A stretch of 64,000 nucleotides of DNA, taken from NCBI GenBank assembly GCA_973895155.1, contig OZ316898.1, positions 13,109,659 through 13,173,658 of the forward strand, in the 5' to 3' direction. Position 1 is the first letter of the stretch, and each line of letters opens with the position of its first letter. Below are positions 60,046 through 64,000 of this stretch, one piece after another. The notes under the pieces were generated by a model. That model was given only the letters and a program-made list of their open reading frames with translations. It had not been told where the DNA came from and did not search any database. The stretch is from Marsupella aquatica (Eukaryota; Plantae; Marchantiophyta). Made by a program: the position numbers and the translations under genes.

Positions 60046-62459
60046 GAGCCCCTTGGGTGCCCCGGTTTAGGGTTTAGGGATCAATTCCCCCCACCCTGCA
60101 ACACCATCTTGGCCTTGAGATTGGGTTGGGGTTCAATGGCTGCACACGTGTTAAGTAACAGGGCAGTCACCCCCTAATTCCCTCATTTGATCAGCTCACC
60201 ACAGAGGAAAGCTTCCGATGTAAATCCAATGGCCATGGCAAGTTCTGGCCAAAAGTACATTTGTATGGCCCCTTGGGGAGCCACATAAACACTGGGAGTT
60301 TGCTTGGAGGAGACAATCATGGTATGACCTATCAATCAATTTTAGGCATAATTATGCAGGTCAAGTGCACCTTTAATCTAAACATATATAACAAAACAAC
60401 ACAATAGTTCCCGGCATTTTAACTTCTTGCTCTTTAAATCTTGGCTTACATTTTACATTATTGCCTGACCATTATGATAAGGATTGTACTTTTTCCTGTT
60501 TGTTCTCTCCAAAACTCTCCCAACCAGCGTATTTTTTTATGGATTTTGCTTTTTGGCGAATGTCCAGGGTGTGAAGGAGAAGATGCTTAAAATATTCTCT
60601 ATTCAATTATTTTACTCACAGTCATCTCCCAAGATTTAAGGCTGCCAGTTAGATTCTGGCTAGAGGGGCCTAGGAATAGGTGGAACACTAGCTAATGGGA
60701 ATAGGTGGAACACTAGCTAATGAGACAGAAAAATAGTAGCGAATTTTAGCCAAAAGTGGCAATGGATTTTTGGGGAAGTGGACTTTGGCAAATTTTTGCC
60801 ACTAAAAAAACACTGCTCCCAACCTTGAACTCTAGTCATTTAAATCTTCTTCTTTACATCGTGGCTTTCTGTCCAAATGAGTGCCTGACCAGTCTATCCC
60901 AAGGATTCTACTTTTTCTTGTTTGTTTCTTTCCAAAATTCACTCAAGTTTCTAAGGTAATTTACTTATTTTATGTTTCATTCCAAACACTCACTCACGTA
61001 TTTCCCTACCTAGAGGTCATCGTTAATAAGAGACTTGTGAGCCTTAATTTCCTCTCAATTTGATCAAAGCTCTCATTTTTGGAGCATTTTACCACACAAT
61101 GCCCTTTAATCAAGAGCGGTTTTGAATGGATTTGATAGACCCTGAGGCCAAATGGACCGTTTGTAAATGTCGTTTTGAACTCAAAATCTAACCTTCTCTT
61201 TGCCCATATCGCACCCGTAAGGGCTTTAATACACTTAATGGACTCTGTCACCGTTTCTCTTTTTGTTCCTATCTTTACTAAAAGTAGCCCAGAAGCTTCA
61301 TAATTGGGAGATCCAAATCTGGATGGTGCATTGTTCTTCATTCAGCGATGCAAAATACAAAGAAATTATTCAATAAGGGCATTTAGTAGAAACCCGCCGG
61401 AGGCAACAAGCCAATCAGCTGGGAGGGAGAATATATGAGATTGTTCACTGTCCATCCAGCAGTGCTGCCAACCCAAGAATCTGGATATTATTTGGAGGTA
61501 GGTCCAGTGGGGACATGCATGGCAATTCCATGGATCCTTCTTCCTTCACTTCTCAAGCTAGAGAAGACGACTGACGTAAGTTTTTGAATTTCTCACCACC
61601 CAGCATCCAACAAATCCACAGCGAACTTTGTTGATTTACAAGACATGCAGTGCTGTAAATAATCAGACAGCCCTTAGTTATGTAGGTTTAGGGGAAGGCT
61701 TTGACCATGATCCAAGGCTGGGTTATTGTAAGCTAAAGTTTGACACAATGGCGCGCTAGATTTCTCTGATCCGCGGATCGACCGGCCGGTTACCCTATTC
61801 TTGAAAATTAGTGGGACTTGCGCTCTGACTAATTATCAATTCGATCCCATTCCGATCCCATATCTCGACTGGTAGTCCGATCCGTAAACTGTTCTTCAAT
61901 CCATGATCATTGTTCTGTGCAAGGATTCTCTTCGATCAGGCCTCCAATGCTTTCCACGCAGCATAGATTCAGCCTTGTGGAGCATCAGGACTCCGTTGTT
62001 TTAGTGCATAAACTTGTTCAATAGAGGTCGGAAAAGACTGGCTGCGTATATGTGATTTCTAGCACTGAGGTTTAATCTGACTTATCTCATGCAGTTAGTC
62101 TCTAGTAGACATACCTGACTGTCTTTTCCTATGCATCCATTTCGGTGATCATTGAGAAGCTCTTACCAGCAATTCTTTAATTTATTGAAGTCCTTCTCCA
62201 TGCATGAAATATCAATTTTGTTGCTATTACTTCTTCAAACTAATTCTGGGTAGCCACGTTTGATATGCACCAATTACTTGCCCTGTCTGATTCGCTCTAA
62301 TTGCCAGCCCAGTGTGATAGATCACACGCACCAACGTGGGCACAAATAATCTATGATCGAGAACCTTAGAAACTCTACCCAAGAACTGACTTCTTTCGCC
62401 AATGTAGCGGTCATTGTAGGATCTATCAAATATTCTGGACTTCTATCCCACGGTCTTCT

Positions 62460-64000
62460 TCAAACGTCAATCGTGATGAATTTGAATTTGATCCTGGTCT
62501 CAACCGGGTCTTCCTTTCGGTACATAGGCACGAGAGTGATGACGACCTTTGAAGGGCCTGCTGGAGCTTCAATATCATCCAGTGTTTTGGAAATACTTTG
62601 CTTCCAGTCCAAATCCGGCTTCCCTTCAGTAGCGGACCGGCTCTGGACCAAGTTGGTGAATCGCCCAGAGAATTCTGCGCATTTGGTTCGCACTGAATAC
62701 TCGGCAGGGTTCACCCAATCCACAAACACGTCAAACCCTGTGTTCCAAGATCTGTCAAGTTTGATTCCGTCAATGGTGAGGAACTCTTCAAGGTCCTGTG
62801 GATTGTCTGGTCTGTCTACTACTATTGTGAATGTCTTACCGCCTTCCAGATGGTAGTATCCTCCCGAGTCTTTGCTTGGCACTGGCAAGCTTTCGGCTTG
62901 GGCAATAAGTTCGTAGTAGCTCACGTTATTGCACTTGGTAGTGTTGAAGAAAACCCATGGTGCATCATTAGCGCCTTGATAAACATATCCCAACTTTTTC
63001 GAGTCTAACGAGTCTGCTACCGTCACTCTTCTCAGATCCTTGTTTTCATCGTAGAACAGAAACTCAGCATTCAGAAAGTCAGGGTCCGAGTAGTCCTCAT
63101 GAGTCTGACCTAATACTGGCCCGATATCTTTCCATACCTGTTTTAAGCCAACCATGGACAGATATTAGATTTTAGGTGATGAAACTTCAACTTAATTCTG
63201 CAAGATTTGAAAAGTAGTTCACCAAAGAAATTAATCACATCAAGTATTCGATAATTAACTATCTCGAGCTGACTTATGTACCTGCCACATACGATCGATG
63301 TTGGAGTGATGAGAGTAGAAGGAAGGGTCACGGGCTGCGCGTGAAAGCTCGCCCATGTCGTTGCCTGGCGGGTCTGTTCCGATCCAGGAATGAACACCAG
63401 AGTGAGCACCAAGTTCTAGCGTTCCAGCACCTCCATTTGGGCCTCCGGTGCCTGTGAATTCAAAACCAATCAATACTTAGCCGACATCGTTAAGACTGCA
63501 AGCGCTCAAGACATGATTCGAAAAAGCTCTTCAGGAAGGAGTTAAATTGCTTGTCACGCTAGCTACGGAAAGTAGAGTTGGTCGTCGATCCAATTTGACT
63601 TTCAAAAGTCTTGTTTTCTTTATGGCTAACTTAAAGCAGTCACATTGGTGTATATACACACCTGACACGTTCCCTGCGTGATAAGGCCGACCCATGAAGG
63701 TTTCTTTCGTTGTTCCGCCGCTCACAAACGCTTGGTACAGTATGTTTAGATTACTTTCAATAATGTCTTCTGCAGATGCGTTGAAGAGGACCTGTGTTAT
63801 TGCAGGTTGGAGAGGCACGTAACTGACATCGGGGAAGTGCAGACGGCCATATCCCTTCGCACTCGCAGATCGATTGACATCGTATAAGGCGGAGGAAGTT
63901 TCGGCATAGAAGCCTGGGAAGTCATGTCCCTGTTTCAGGCAAGCTCCATGCTTGGAAGAGCCATCTCCAACACTATAGGGAGCATCCCAGTTCCAGTAAT
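62460..64000 (-). CDS. PPO: Polyphenol oxidase paralogue, 5' part beyond the window end
   Basis: Same exon layout as the 47-49 kb copy: last exon 63137-62460, CuB exon GTLELGAHSGVH...MGELSRAARDPSFYSHHSNIDRMW, and part of exon 2. Exons are near-identical while introns are more diverged. Confidence 0.92.

Overview
Land-plant nuclear DNA, most likely a liverwort or other bryophyte. That inference rests on a hydrolase-NB-ARC-LRR relic, tandem secretory-type polyphenol oxidases and an RTE-X-like LINE. In order the window holds: a 10-exon APE2 gene (-); an AT-rich, repeat-like block hiding a divergent multi-exon COR413-family gene that the ORF track captures only in part (-); a completely intronless 1881-aa SCC2/NIPBL cohesin loader with PHD finger (+); a decayed alpha/beta-hydrolase NLR (+); a 7-exon EamA transporter (+); twin perfect hairpins followed by an intronless SARD4/ornithine-cyclodeaminase-like gene (+); an intronless RI-type LRR protein with a hydrophobic tail (+); and two tandem PPO paralogues (-), the second cut by the window end. 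Between the PPOs lies a near full-length LINE with an ABAB array of 181-bp 5' monomers, ORF1 and ORF2 in one frame separated by a single TGA, a nested 1029-bp TIR element with an 8-bp TSD, and a (CATTAC)n tail. Two-copy tandem duplications of 25-233 bp are frequent throughout. All gene models were spliced by eye, family assignments come from remembered motifs, and no database search was run.
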